A stretch of DNA of 64,000 nucleotides from Eledone cirrhosa (GCA_964016885.1 CAXHJY010000109.1:62001-126000), one strand, 5' to 3'; counted from the stretch's first letter, positions 41,284-53,902 are shown. Notes: generated by a model from the sequence alone, not told the origin. A program made the numbers and translations.

Positions 41284-42319
41284 CATATATATATATGAGT
41301 GTGTGTGTGTGTATATATATGTATGAATATATATAATGTTCAAACACGTTATTACACGAGTATATGCGTCTTTAAACTCGTCTATCAGTTTAAAGACGCA
41401 TATATTCGCTGAGATTCATGCATGTCTTTATATATACATACATCTCTGTCTGTCTGTCTGTCTGTCTCTGTCTCTGTGTCTGTGTGTGTGTAAATTCTAT
41501 TTTTTCCCCCTCTAACTCTATATATATATATATACATGTGATGTTTTAACCTTGTTGCCTGAAGCCATCTTGAATTTCCACCTTCAGAGATGACCGCACG
41601 AAACTGTCATTTCTATTCTGTTGTGTGTGTGCAAATGCATATATGCATGTTTGTGTGTATGTATGTGTATGTATGTGCGTATATGCATGTATGCATGTGT
41701 GTGTAGGTATGTGTATATATGCATGTATGTGTGTGTGTATGTACGTATTATATGCATGTATGTGTGTGTGTATGTACGTATTATATTCGTTTCTGGAATA
41801 GGAATATAGAATCATACACACACACACATTAAATTAAAAGTCTAATGAGATATATATATATATATATAAAATGAACACATCAAACAATTACAAGGTATAA
41901 TTTGTAAAGAGTGTAACCACACATAGTTACGGAGGTAACATATTACAAATTTACAAGAACCTTGTATATAAATACCTTGCAATAATGATTAATCTCCTTT
42001 GTATATATTCCATTGAAGAAATATATTTCACCATTAATCAGTGATTCACAGATGTCAAATCTTGGATCGTCAGCAAAGGAGATGATTTAACTATCTAGGA
42101 TTACACACTAAAAGGAAATCAAGGGATAACGGTGAAAAGCACAAGTGGTTTTATAAAACACATCGCCCTGCCGTCAAGCCAATGGCGTGAATAGGTTTAT
42201 CGGCAGCTAGAAATAGCAGCTGAGTCCTTTCAACATAGAAAGCTCTACTAACAGAATACTTAAGAGCCGTGAAATTCTCATACATGACACCTTTAATCTA
42301 ATTTTAGTAGTATATATAC

Positions 42320-42356
<37 letters not shown>

Positions 42357-42527
42357 TTTCATTTATTAGCCACCAGGGCCGACATGTAGGGGACAATACA
42401 AAGACAGGGACAGTGGGGGTTTACAATAAGATGGAGTAAAAGTGCACAATGGCAAGACTAATTTAACAATAAAAATATAAAAATATAAAATATAAAATAA
42501 TATAAAATAATAATAATAATAATAATA

Positions 42528-42816
42528 GTGGTTGTAGACGCTCTAGGAATGATACCTAAGGGGTCTAATGATTACTTATCACAAATCCCAGGAAACCCGC
42601 GTATAGGAGAAATACAAAAGATAGTACTAATGGGAACTGCCCATATACTAAGGAAGATTCTGTCAATATAAGTACATCACAAGTCTAAACACCTAAAGAT
42701 GCATGTGTGAGTATGTATGTTCTTTCTTGAACATGGCGGACCTTGTTGTCTCTTGAGGTCACTGGTTGTGACTTGGTGACAACTCGTATGAACATAAAGC
42801 AAGATAAATGCAGCTG
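42528..42816 (+). mobile_element. 3' end of R4/Dong-type non-LTR retrotransposon in (TAA)n
   Basis: VVVDALGMIPKG...EIQKIVLMGTAHILRKILSI* (stop 42669-42671). (TAA)n on both sides. Confidence 0.8.
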
Positions 42817-42825
42817 TAATAATAA

Positions 42826-43007
42826 TAATTGTTTCTACTTTAGGCACAAGGCCAGCAATTATCCAGTGCATTACTGGTACTTTATTTTATCGACCCCGTA
42901 AGGATGAAAGGCAAAGTCAACCTCGGCGGGATTTGAACTCAGATCGTAATGGGACGTAACTATGCTGGAAAGCATGGCGTCCGACCCTCTACCGATACTG
43001 CCAATCC

Positions 43008-43038
<31 letters not shown>

Positions 43039-43226
43039 TGTTTCTACTTTTGGTACAAGGCCAGCAATTACCCAGTGCATTACTGGTACTTTATTTTATC
43101 GACCCCGTAAGGATGAAAGGCAAAGTTAACCTCGGCGGGATTTGAACTCAGACCGTAAAGGACCATAACTCTATGCTGCAAAGCATGGCGTCCGACCCTT
43201 TACCGATACTGCCAATTCACCACCTA
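42826..43226 (-). mobile_element. Two SINE family A copies separated by (TAA)n
   Basis: Near full-length matches to 773-960. Confidence 0.92.
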
Positions 43227-43304
43227 TAATAATAATAATAATAATAATAATATATATCCCCAAGTGGGATCAGCCAAGCTCTTAAATTTTAGATAAACAT
43301 ATTG

Positions 43305-43440
43305 CTGGTGGTCTATTCCAGTGTCTCCTGCTGGCTGGTTTAGCCCGTAGAGTCAGTCCAGTGATTCATTCCTGAGATATTCTAACCACATACCTGTAAT
43401 ATAAGGTGGTGGAATCTCTCAATTCGGAGAAGTAGGGGGC
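43305..43440 (-). pseudogene. Short degenerate RTE-type fragment
   Basis: Similar to 63900-64000 (attctaaccacat...agtataag...tctctcaatt). Confidence 0.4.
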
Positions 43441-43643
43441 ACTGCATCTCCGAGCATCTTTAAATATTATGGAGCATCTTTAAACAGTAAATTATGCATT
43501 ATGGAGGCCTGGTACTGGATGGTGAATTAGGTGGTTTTAGAATCTGACAGCCTACTTCACGGCTGGCCCTTTAGATTAAGGGTAAAATCCTTACAATTGG
43601 ATCCCAGATAATTTCTGACGACTCAATATCACTGGTAAGGCTG

Positions 43644-44996
43644 GAGACGAGGCGAAGGTCATGTCAAATGATGCTTGCAGAAGAAATCCCGCTGTGAGAT
43701 CGAACGTGGGACATCCTGATTACGTAACAAACAATTTAACCGTTGAGCCTCGCTGCCTGACATCCAGAGACGAGGCGAAGGTCATGACAAATGATGCTTG
43801 CAGAAGAAACCCCGCTGTGAGATCGAACGTGGGACATCCTGATTACGTAACAAACAATTTAACCGTTGAGCCTCGCTGCCTGACATCCAGAGACGAGGCG
43901 AAGGTCATGTCAAATGATGCTTGCAGAAGAAACCCCGCTGTGAGATCGAACGTGGGACATCCTGATTACGTAACAAACAATTCAACCGTTGAGCCTCGCT
44001 GCCTGACATCCAGAGACGAGGCGAAGGTCATGTCAAATGATGCTTGCAGAAGAAACCCCGCTGTGAGATCGAACGTGGGACATCCTGATTACGTAACAAA
44101 CAATTTAACCGTTGAGCCTCGCTGCCTGACATCCAGAGACGAGGCGAAGGTCATGACAAATGATGCTTGCAGAAGAAACCCCGCTGTGAGATCGAACGTG
44201 GGACATCCTGATTACGTAACAAACAATTCAACCGTTGAGCCTCGCTGCCTGACATCCAGAGACGAGGCGAAGGTCATGTCAAATGATGCTTGCAGAAGAA
44301 ACCCCGCTGTGAGATCGAACGTGGGACATCCTGATTACGTAACAAACAATTCAACCGTTGAGCCTCGCTGCCTGACATCCAGAGACGAGGCGAAGGTCAT
44401 GTCAAATGATGCTTGCAGAAGAAACCCCGCTGTGAGATCGAACGTGGGACATCCTGATTACGTAACAAACAATTTAACCGTTGAGCCTCGCTGCCTGACA
44501 TCCAGAGACGAGGCGAAGGTCATGTCAAATGATGCTTGCAGAAGAAACCCCGCTGTGAGATCGAACGTGGGACATCCTGATTACGTAACAAACAATTCAA
44601 CCGTTGAGCCTCGCTGCCTGACATCCAGAGACGAGGCGAAGGTCATGACAAATGATGCTTGCAGAAGAAACCCCGCTGTGAGATCGAACGTGGGACATCC
44701 TGATTACGTAACAAACAATTTAACCGTTGAGCCTCGCTGCCTGACATCCAGAGACGAGGCGAAGGTCATGTCAAATGATGCTTGCAGAAGAAACCCCGTT
44801 GTGAGATCGAACGTGGGACATCCTGATTACGTAACAAACAATTTAACCGTTGAGCCTCGCTGCCTGACATCCAGAGACGAGGCGAAGGTCATGTCAAATG
44901 ATGCTTGCAGAAGAAACCCCGCTGTGAGATCGAACGTGGGACATCCTGATTACGTAACAAACAATTCAACCGTTGAGCCTCGCTGCCTGACATCCA
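43644..44996 (-). repeat. 123-bp tandem repeat, 11 copies; the unit is a tRNA-like SINE head
   Basis: 1353 bp = 11 x 123. The minus unit has AGGCTCAACGG (A-box-like) and CGTTCGATCTC (B-box-like) and aligns with the SINE head at 181-226. Confidence 0.9.
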
Positions 44997-45594
44997 CCGG
45001 GGATCAAATATTAGAAAACAGAATGATTAATTTTCTTCTGCCAAGTTAGAAATTGATTGTTTTCTTCTTTATAGTTATTTTTTTGTTGTTGTTGTTGTTA
45101 CTTCTGAAACGGGGAGGGAGGGGTGGGGGTAAAGTGTTTTTTGGTCAGGGGCTGTCTTAATCTGAGAGGGGGTGGAGAGATGGTGGAAGAGAGGGGGAGG
45201 GGAGGCGAGAGAGAGGGGAGAGGGGAGGCGAGAGTGGGGGAGAGAGGGGAGACTAGAGGGGGGCGAGAGGGGAGGCTAGAGGGGAGGCTAGAGGGGAGGC
45301 GAGAGGGGAGGGGAGGCGAGAAGGAGATTGTGTCAAAGTGAGAAATTGAGAGAGGGCGGGGAGAAGATTGAGATTGTGTAAGAGAGACATTGAACAAAAG
45401 ACGGGGAGAACGCAAGAGATATGAGAGAGAGAGAGAGAGAGAGAGAGACGGAGGGAGAGGAAGGGGTATGAAGGGAGGGAGAGAAAGAGGGAGAGAAAGT
45501 GAGAGAGAGAGAGATAGGGGGGAAGGGGTATGAAGGGAGAGAAATTGAGAGAGAGAGGGGGGGGTGAGGAAGGGGTATGAAGGGAGGGAGAGAA

Positions 45595-45625
<31 letters not shown>

Positions 45626-45632
45626 GGGAGAG

Positions 45633-45664
<32 letters not shown>

Positions 45665-46596
45665 GACGGCTGCCTAATTACTGTGCAGTATTTACTTAGG
45701 GTAGAAGGTAGATTGGTCAGTGTTAATATCTAGTTCAGCTCTCTAATTGAAACTGGACAGCTAATCTAATTTAATCCAGGCGTTAGGAGTAGATTATGCC
45801 CAAGTCTATTGACACTAATCTCAAACATAAGTGAAAGCCAAAATATTTAGCCTACAGAGACAGCGGGGAGAGAGAGAGTGTGTTATAGAAACGATAGGAC
45901 TACAGTTGATTAAACCCTAAATTGGAATCATCCTGTAACACTTGTGTATGTATATGGTGGGGTGGTGGGGGTGGAGAGAGGGGGGAGGGGAGGAGAAAGA
46001 AAGAAAGAATGAGAGTGAGAAGGAAAGATAGAGGAGAGAGAGGGAAAGAGAGAGAGAAGGAGAGAGAAAAGGGGAGAGAAACGGGGAGAAAAAGGAGAGA
46101 GAAAAAGGAGAGAGAAAAGGAGAGAGAAAAAGGAGAGAAAAAGGAGAGAGAAAAAGGAGAGAGAAAAAGGAGAGAGAAAAAGGAGAGAAAAATGAGAGAG
46201 AAAAAGGAGAGAGAAATGAGAGAGAAATGAGAGAGAAATGAGAGAGAAATGAGAGAGAAATGAGAGAGAAATGAGAGAGAAAAAGGAGAGAGAAAGGAGA
46301 GAGAAAAAAGAGAAAAAAGAGGAAAAGGAGAGGAAAAGGAAACAGAGAGAGAAGGGAGAGAGAGAAGGGAAAGGGAAGGAAAAAGAGAGAAAGAGAGGGA
46401 AAGAGAGAAAGAGAGAGGAGAGAGGGAAGGAAAGAGAGAGAAAGAGAGAGGGAAGAAAAGAGGGATATGGGGGGGGCGGGGGAGGGGAGCGTGCCCGATT
46501 GAATCCGAGGAAATAAAGGCAATATAGAAGCTCCTCAGATGTTCGTGATGTGAATAAAAATGAAGAAAGATTTTTAAATGGAGGAGAAATAACAAT

Positions 46597-47060
46597 AATG
46601 GTTTCTGAGTTAGGCACAAGGCCAGCAAATTGGGGTGAGATTTGATTATATAGACCCCAGTACGTTACGGGTTCTTTGATTTTCATCCTTATATGGTCGA
46701 TAAAATAAAGCTAACCTCAGTGGCATTTAAACACACACTGGAAACGGGTGTAACTCTATGCCGCAAAGCAGGTTGTTCGGTGCTCTACCCACCGATACTG
46801 CCAATTAATAATTGTTTCTACGTTTGGCACAAGGCCAGCAATTATACCAGTGCATTACTGGTACTTTGTTTTATCGACCCCCGTAAGGATGAAAGGCAAA
46901 GTTAACCTCGGCGGGATTTGAACTCAGAATGGCAAGGGCCATAACTCTATACGTCAAAGCATGGCGTCCGACCCTCTACCAATACTGCCAATCCACCGAT
47001 GATTTCTAATTTAGGCACAAGGCCAGCAATTTTGGGGGAGGGGTAAGTCGATAGATCATC
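46597..47060 (-). mobile_element. Cluster of SINE family A copies (degenerate, full-length, fragment)
   Basis: Three ggcacaaggccagcaa tails. Full copy at about 46808-46998. Confidence 0.85.
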
Positions 47061-47558
47061 GGAATACTGGAGGTTTTATATATGGCATTGGTATATATAG
47101 ATACAACGGAGAATCAATAATAAAATATGATCAGAGGTAGACACTGTATTTAAGGTCGAGTGACGCAACTTCGAGTGATTAGCGGCCTTTAGACTCACCT
47201 GATCAATGAAACAATGTTAATACTTGAAAGAAAACCATTTTTGTACAGCGGACCATATTATTCTTCAATCGTTCACTATATATATATATATATATATGAA
47301 AAATATGGGGAGAAGAATACTGCATGGTTGCACATGGATTACATATTATAAAATTAGTCCCTCATCAGTGATTTGCCAACGATCATTGGTATTTCATCGG
47401 ATTAAAGATCATATACCTCACGTTGGTGCGAGCAATAACTAAAATAAGCTATTGGGACAAGTGAAACGCGTAAAGCGAGTGAGACAAGTAAACAACAAGA
47501 AGGAAAAGCTAACCGAAGATGGGAAGAAAAACAAGCAATATATATATATTATTACTAT

Positions 47559-47599
<41 letters not shown>

Positions 47600-47719
47600 A
47601 GAGAGAGATTAACCCTACCGAGACGCCAAGCGGTCGGGTTAATACTTCTCTCATTCTGCACCTTTCCATGCATTGAGTACTCCCATGATTTCTCGTCTCC
47701 CTGGTGTTAACACTACAGA

Positions 47720-47781
<62 letters not shown>

Positions 47782-47829
47782 AGTATGTATACGTACATAC
47801 ATATATGTATACAGACGTACAATAGTATG

Positions 47830-47870
<41 letters not shown>

Positions 47871-48007
47871 ACGTATGGATTTACCGAACATTTATTATAA
47901 TGCTCGGTTTGTTTGTAAACAAACATCCCGAATTATATTTATACATACTTATATTTAAGTAACAGCCGTACTAAGAGTGAGAAATGAAATTTCGTTTCAT
48001 TTTTTCC

Positions 48008-48040
<33 letters not shown>

Positions 48041-48046
<6 letters not shown>

Positions 48047-48236
48047 TGTAATAAACAACATAAGGTAATTATTTCATTTACCAGTGGTTTCTTAAAAGCA
48101 AAAAATTTTGCTTTCAATCATCAGAAGGAAAAAATCCAGGATTTTTTCATTCTGATGATTAAAAGCAAAATTTGTTTGCTTTTAAAAAACCACTGGTAAA
48201 TGAAATAATTACCTTATGTTGTTTATTACATAACTA
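48041..48236. repeat. ~97-bp-arm inverted repeat carrying two opposed hammerhead motifs
   Basis: Centre ATCC-A-GGAT at 48138, with few mismatches between the arms. Confidence 0.9.
48072..48131 (-). ncRNA. Type I hammerhead ribozyme motif (intact core)
   Basis: UUUCCUU-CUGAUGA-UUGAAAGCAAAAUUUUUUGCUUUUAA-GAAA-CC ACU GG-UA-AAUGAAA. Confidence 0.7.
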
Positions 48237-48875
48237 TTAAGCTCTGTTACCTACATAGAGCACTCTTTTTTCCTGAACGTTTCCGACGGAATTATTTCAC
48301 ATATATATATCACTGTTAACTAAAAGTTAAAGAAAACTAAACTAAACCCAAGCTATCCCCAGAATCCAACAGACACAAACGAAAATCCTAGAACCAACCC
48401 TACTACACACACTGCTGAAGATGTACAAGTAAATTAGATTGAAATACATAAACAAGCCGCCATGTTGTTGTTGTTGTTGTTATATGTTGTTAAAGCAAGA
48501 CAACTAAACCTAATAGAGCGATTAGCTGGCTTCAAATTACATGCCAATACATTTATGTTGACATTCCTTGCTCTCTGTGTTTTGTTTTTCTCGCCGATTT
48601 ATTGCTGAAGAAAATAGTTAGACGGAAAAGAAGGGGTTAAATTCCATACTACGGACATGATGAGATGTGATGTGATGTGATGTCATGTCATGTGATGCCA
48701 CGTGATAGATATGACGTGAACTCATACAAACATGAAGGTTAGACGTCTTAATAGCTTCTAATTTAATTGGTGTAGACATTCCTGTTGTGGGAGATGTCTG
48801 TTATATATATATATATATATATATATATCCCCTGCTTCTGAGAAATATTGGACTAAGGCGACTGACAATACATAC

Positions 48876-48922
<47 letters not shown>

Positions 48923-49048
48923 ACACATACACAGGCATGTTTATATACATACATACGTTTATATATATATAAATAAATAAATACACATACGTTTATACAT
49001 ACATATATATATAAATAAATACACATATACATACATATATACATACAC

Positions 49049-49094
<46 letters not shown>

Positions 49095-49705
49095 TACACA
49101 CATATATACGTATACATATATATATATATATATAAATACATATACACATACATCCATATATATGCACATATATATACATATATATATATATAAATAAATA
49201 CACATATACATACATACGTTTATACATATATATATAAATACATATACATACATACATATATATATATAGAGAGATACACACATATATACATATACATAAA
49301 TATATATATATAGATACACACATATATACATATACATAAATATATATATATATATAAATACATATACACATACATCCATATATATGCACATATATATATA
49401 TATATATAAATACATATACACATACATCCATATATATGCACATATATATATATATTCATAGATGCACACATATATACATATACATAAATATATATATATA
49501 AATACATATACACATACATCCATATATATGCACATATATATATATATATACATATACATACATATACACATACATCCATATATATGCACATATATATATA
49601 TATATACATATACATACATATATATATATATTCACACCACACATACATACATGCATACACATACATACATACATACATACATACATACATACATACATAC
49701 ATACA

Positions 49706-50152
49706 AAAACTGCCACCAAATTAAAGCACAACCGGCCTGATATTGTAGTTTGGGACCACACATTGAAAACGTGTTCTGTTGTGGAGATCAGCTGCCCACT
49801 TGATGTAAACGTTGTCAGAAAAATACAGGAGAAGGAGGACATCTACGGACCATTGATGAGGAGCTTACAAATCCAGTATCCAAGATACACCTTTAGCTTC
49901 ATACCCATCATTATTGGTGCTACGGGTTATATACCAACCCGCTTGGACCAAAGTATGAACGAACTTGGATTTGCGGACAAAAAGCGCAGCTCCCTAATTC
50001 ATAGTCTACAAATGGCTGCGATAGCTGGCACCTTCAAAATATGCAAAACATTCTTGCGATTCAAGGGATGACAATTTCTTTTCTTTTACAACCTTGCCAC
50101 CAGGAAGGTGGCCGGTCAAAAAAATATACTCGAAATTAAGAGAAAGAGAAAA
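49706..50152 (+). mobile_element. 3' end of R4/Dong-type retrotransposon (restriction-like endonuclease) in (CATA)n
   Basis: Uninterrupted frame [17 protein letters not shown]...VVEISCP...KEDIYGPL...IPIIIGATG...LQMAAIAGTFKICK (stop 50071). (CATA)n on both sides. Confidence 0.88.
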
Positions 50153-50171
50153 CATACATACATACATACAC

Positions 50172-50657
50172 CTTTCGGGCAGTTTTGGTCCAGGCCGTGT
50201 CTAACTTAATAGCACCAGCTGGCGAAGTCTTTCAAATCCGGATTTGGGCGCCATGGCCCACTCAAATAAAGAGTTGTTGTTTACGGAGACATATCCGGGT
50301 GAAGGGGGTTTATACGGAATTTCTTGAAGGATTTGGTCCAAAGAACTCTTGAACTTTATGGGGTATGTTTCTGTTTTAATGTGTTTTGGTGTAATGTTAA
50401 AGAGAGCAGGGCCAATTGAGGTGAAATAATTGTGACGTATTGTTGTTATGAAATGCGAGTTTGATTTTTATTGTGAGTAGATAGCACGGGTCCCCAGCCT
50501 TGGGTGTACCTTAAAGGTGATGCCAACATCATTTAGGCAATGCTGATGGAATATTTACAACATCATGCAGATAATGTAGCGCTCATGGCGACATTGGCGA
50601 GAATAAAGTTTGAGCTTTTCTAGTCGACACCAATAGTCCAAGCCTGTCATGCCATCT
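50172..50657 (-). pseudogene. CR1-type LINE 3' fragment
   Basis: LDYWCRLEKLKLYSRQCRHERY...GPALFN..PK....FKSSLD.ILQEIP.KP, with stops. Confidence 0.85.
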
Positions 50658-50761
50658 ATATATACATGCATACATACATATACATATATATACATACACA
50701 TATGCATACATACATATATATACACATATGCATACATACATAAACATATGCATATATATAT

Positions 50762-50945
50762 AACGAAGGAAATGTGGTAAGGAACCAAGTGGACCATAAC
50801 GCACCAAAGTACTCAATACTTAGGGTAGTAGAGTGGGTAATAGGAACGAGTAGGGCCCGACGGCTGAGCTCAAGCTGTTTCGACGGCTAATTCCAGAATT
50901 AGCCGTCGAAACGGCTTGAGCTCAGCCGTCGAGGTCCTACTCGTT

Positions 50946-50950
<5 letters not shown>
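50762..50950. mobile_element. Family H1 repeat with ~53-bp fold-back palindrome
   Basis: Arms 50840-50892 and 50897-50949, loop CCAG. Confidence 0.75.
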
Positions 50951-50981
<31 letters not shown>

Positions 50982-50997
50982 CATATATATATATATA

Positions 50998-51481
50998 TGG
51001 TGGCTGCCAACTCGTGTTCGAGTACGGCCACTACTTTATATCGATGTAGGAGAACCCCTACCGATGGGCTGAACGAGTTTGACATTTTAGTCCAGCCAGC
51101 GACTTGAAAACTCTAGTACAAACACATAGTGCTGGGCCCATGGTACCATGTGATGACAAGTGCAGAGAGATCTCCAGATATAAAGCAATGCCTGTGCCGT
51201 GAAGCTTTTATAGTGAGCAAAGGCACTGCACAAAGCCAGTCCCACTCTCTTAACCAAGATGATATTTACCAAAAAGAAGAACAAGTCAACATCATTGGAT
51301 ACCATCAGGGTTGCAGGTGTTATATCAGAGTTTTCCTTCTCCTAGAATTCTGCCTTGACAAAGGCTAAGGGGTCATCTCTCCCGGTGATTTTGGATGGCC
51401 ATTGACTCTTAAGAGCTCCTTTGCCCTTTGACAGGTTTTGTTTTTAGTCCTGCAGGATGTCCAAAGTCACCCTCCTCACCA
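50998..51481 (-). mobile_element. RTE-type 5' UTR-like repeat, copy 1
   Basis: Minus strand CTAGGAGAAGGAAAACTCTGA, a motif I recall from RTE 5' UTRs. Second copy at 54621-55031. Confidence 0.55.
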
Positions 51482-51570
51482 TATTTATATATATATATAT
51501 ATATATATAAATATTTCGTTTCTGAATTTGTTTAGCAAGATTCTTTATCTGAAATCGTGTGTTGAAACCG

Positions 51571-52089
51571 ATATTGTTATACTTTGGGAGGGTCATGTTG
51601 CCAATAAGAAACACACGCACCAGTTGCTTTCACTTCAATTTAATTTAATATATATTTATAAATTTACAAATTTATAAATTTCTGGTTGGTTGGTTGGTTC
51701 CACAACCAGATAGTTGTTTATATATATATAGTCATAGTTCTTTCGTCACACACTCTGTGACCTCTTCAGTGACTGGGGATTTCTTTCTTCGTTTCTGTGC
51801 CTTTCCTTTCTTCTATCCTACGCCATTTTGTTTGTGGCGTAGGATAGAAGAAAGGAAAGGCACAGAAACGAAGAAAGAAATCCCCAGTCACTGAAGAGGT
51901 CACAGAGTGTGTGACGAAAGAACTATGACTATATATATATAAACAACTATCTGGTTGTGGAACCAACCAACCAACCAGAAATTTATAAATTTGTAAATTT
52001 ATAAATATATATTAAATTAAATTGAAGTGAAAGCAACTGGTGCGTGTGTTTCTTATTGGCAACATGACCCTCCCAAAGTATAACAATAT
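51571..52089. repeat. Long palindrome, 255-bp arms, 9-nt loop
   Basis: 51571-51825 is the reverse complement of 51835-52089. Mirror ORFs MVPQPDSC... appear on both strands. Confidence 0.95.
51886..51930 (+). ncRNA. Minimal type I hammerhead motif (mirror copy at 51730-51774, minus)
   Basis: AGUCA-CUGAAGA-G-GUCACA gagug UGUGAC-GAAA-GAAC-UA-UGACU. Confidence 0.6.
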
Positions 52090-52126
52090 ATATAAATAAA
52101 TATATATATATATATACAATAAATAT

Positions 52127-52177
<51 letters not shown>

Positions 52178-52188
52178 TATATATATAT

Positions 52189-52380
52189 AATAATTGTTTC
52201 TACTTTAAGCACAAGGCCAGCAATTACCCAGTGCATTACTGGTACTTTATTTTATCGACCCCGTAAGGATGAAAGGCAAAGTCAACCTCGGCGGGATTTG
52301 AACTCAGATCGTAAAGGGACGTAACAATGCTGGAAAGCATGGCGTCCGACCCTCTACCGATACTGCCAATCCACCGCCTA
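52189..52380 (-). mobile_element. SINE family A, full length
   Basis: Matches 773-960. Confidence 0.92.
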
Positions 52381-52629
52381 TATATATATATAATAATGGA
52401 ATACTATTGGCTTTTTGCTACAATATTTTCTATATCTTTCATTTATATATATATATATATACATTACTTGAAAATATTAATAAATATAGACATTCATGTG
52501 GTCAAATATATTTTATTATACATATTTCAGAGGTACTGAGCTATTTCAACAATACGCCCTCATCAGATAAAATAAGTTGATGCCTGACATACTTTGACTA
52601 TGTTGATGGTTATAATTTAATCATGGCAG

Positions 52630-52667
<38 letters not shown>

Positions 52668-52730
52668 ATTAAGGTTGAAAGCAGCGATTCTTTGCTTAAA
52701 CTTTAATCTGTTATTTTAATATATATATAT

Positions 52731-52788
<58 letters not shown>

Positions 52789-52844
52789 GTGGATCCCGTG
52801 TTCAACTAGGGTAACCACATTAAGGTACTCAATACATAGAGTAT

Positions 52845-53036
52845 ATAATTGTTTCTACTTTTTGGCACAAGGCCAGCAAATACCCAGTGCATTACTGGTA
52901 CTTTATTTTATCGACCCTGTAAGGATGAAAGGCAAAGTTAACCTCGGCGGAATTTGAACTCAGAGTGGAAAGGGCCGTAACTCTATGCGCCAAAGCATAG
53001 CGTCCACCCTCTACCGATACTGCCAATCCACCGCCC
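52845..53036 (-). mobile_element. SINE family A, full length
   Basis: Matches 773-960. Confidence 0.92.
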
Positions 53037-53057
53037 TTTACATCTAAGAACTGACTA

Positions 53058-53113
53058 ACTGCCTGATGAGGTCATAGCCATTCAATGGCTTTCATCGAAA
53101 TATATATAGCAGT
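53058..53113 (+). ncRNA. Minimal type I hammerhead motif
   Basis: ACUGC-CUGAUGA-G..AGCCAU uca AUGGCU..C-GAAA-UAUAUA-UA-GCAGU, followed by AATAAA. Confidence 0.6.
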
Positions 53114-53537
53114 AAATAAAGGATCATGAGTTCCTGCAATTGACTTATGTTTCGTCACTATATATATATATATATATATAGGTATTATATATATATATAG
53201 GTATTATATATATATAACAGAAAAAAATGAAACGAAATTTCACTTCTCACTCTTAGTACGGCTGTTACTTAAATGTAAGTATGTATACGTACCTACATAT
53301 ATGTATACAGACGCACAGTAGTATGTATATATATATATATATATATATGCATACATGCACACATATATATATATATATATATACATATATATGTATGTAC
53401 ATACTTACATATATATATATATACATATATGTATGTACATACTTACATATATATATATATATATATACATATATGTATGTACATACTTACACATATATAA
53501 ATATATATATATATATACATATATGTATGTACATACT

Positions 53538-53595
<58 letters not shown>

Positions 53596-53865
53596 TGTAT
53601 GTACATACTTACATATATATATATATATATATATATATACACTTTCGTGCAATATTTTTCTGACACCAGGGGGTAACCAGAGATAATTTACGATGGAATG
53701 GCTACATTTAAAATTATATACACGTATACATACGTACATATACGTATCATACATAAGTATATTTGTCAGTAATATACTTAACATCACAATGATGTCATGT
53801 ATAAAATAAATCTAATTCGGAGATGGAGATACTTACACAAAGCCACCGACGGTTGTACGCGCGCA

Positions 53866-53902
<37 letters not shown>

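Noticed and set aside
43661-45049. 462-aa repeat protein as a real gene
   Set aside because: The unit is explained as an antisense SINE head. A stop-free 123-bp unit gives a long ORF automatically.
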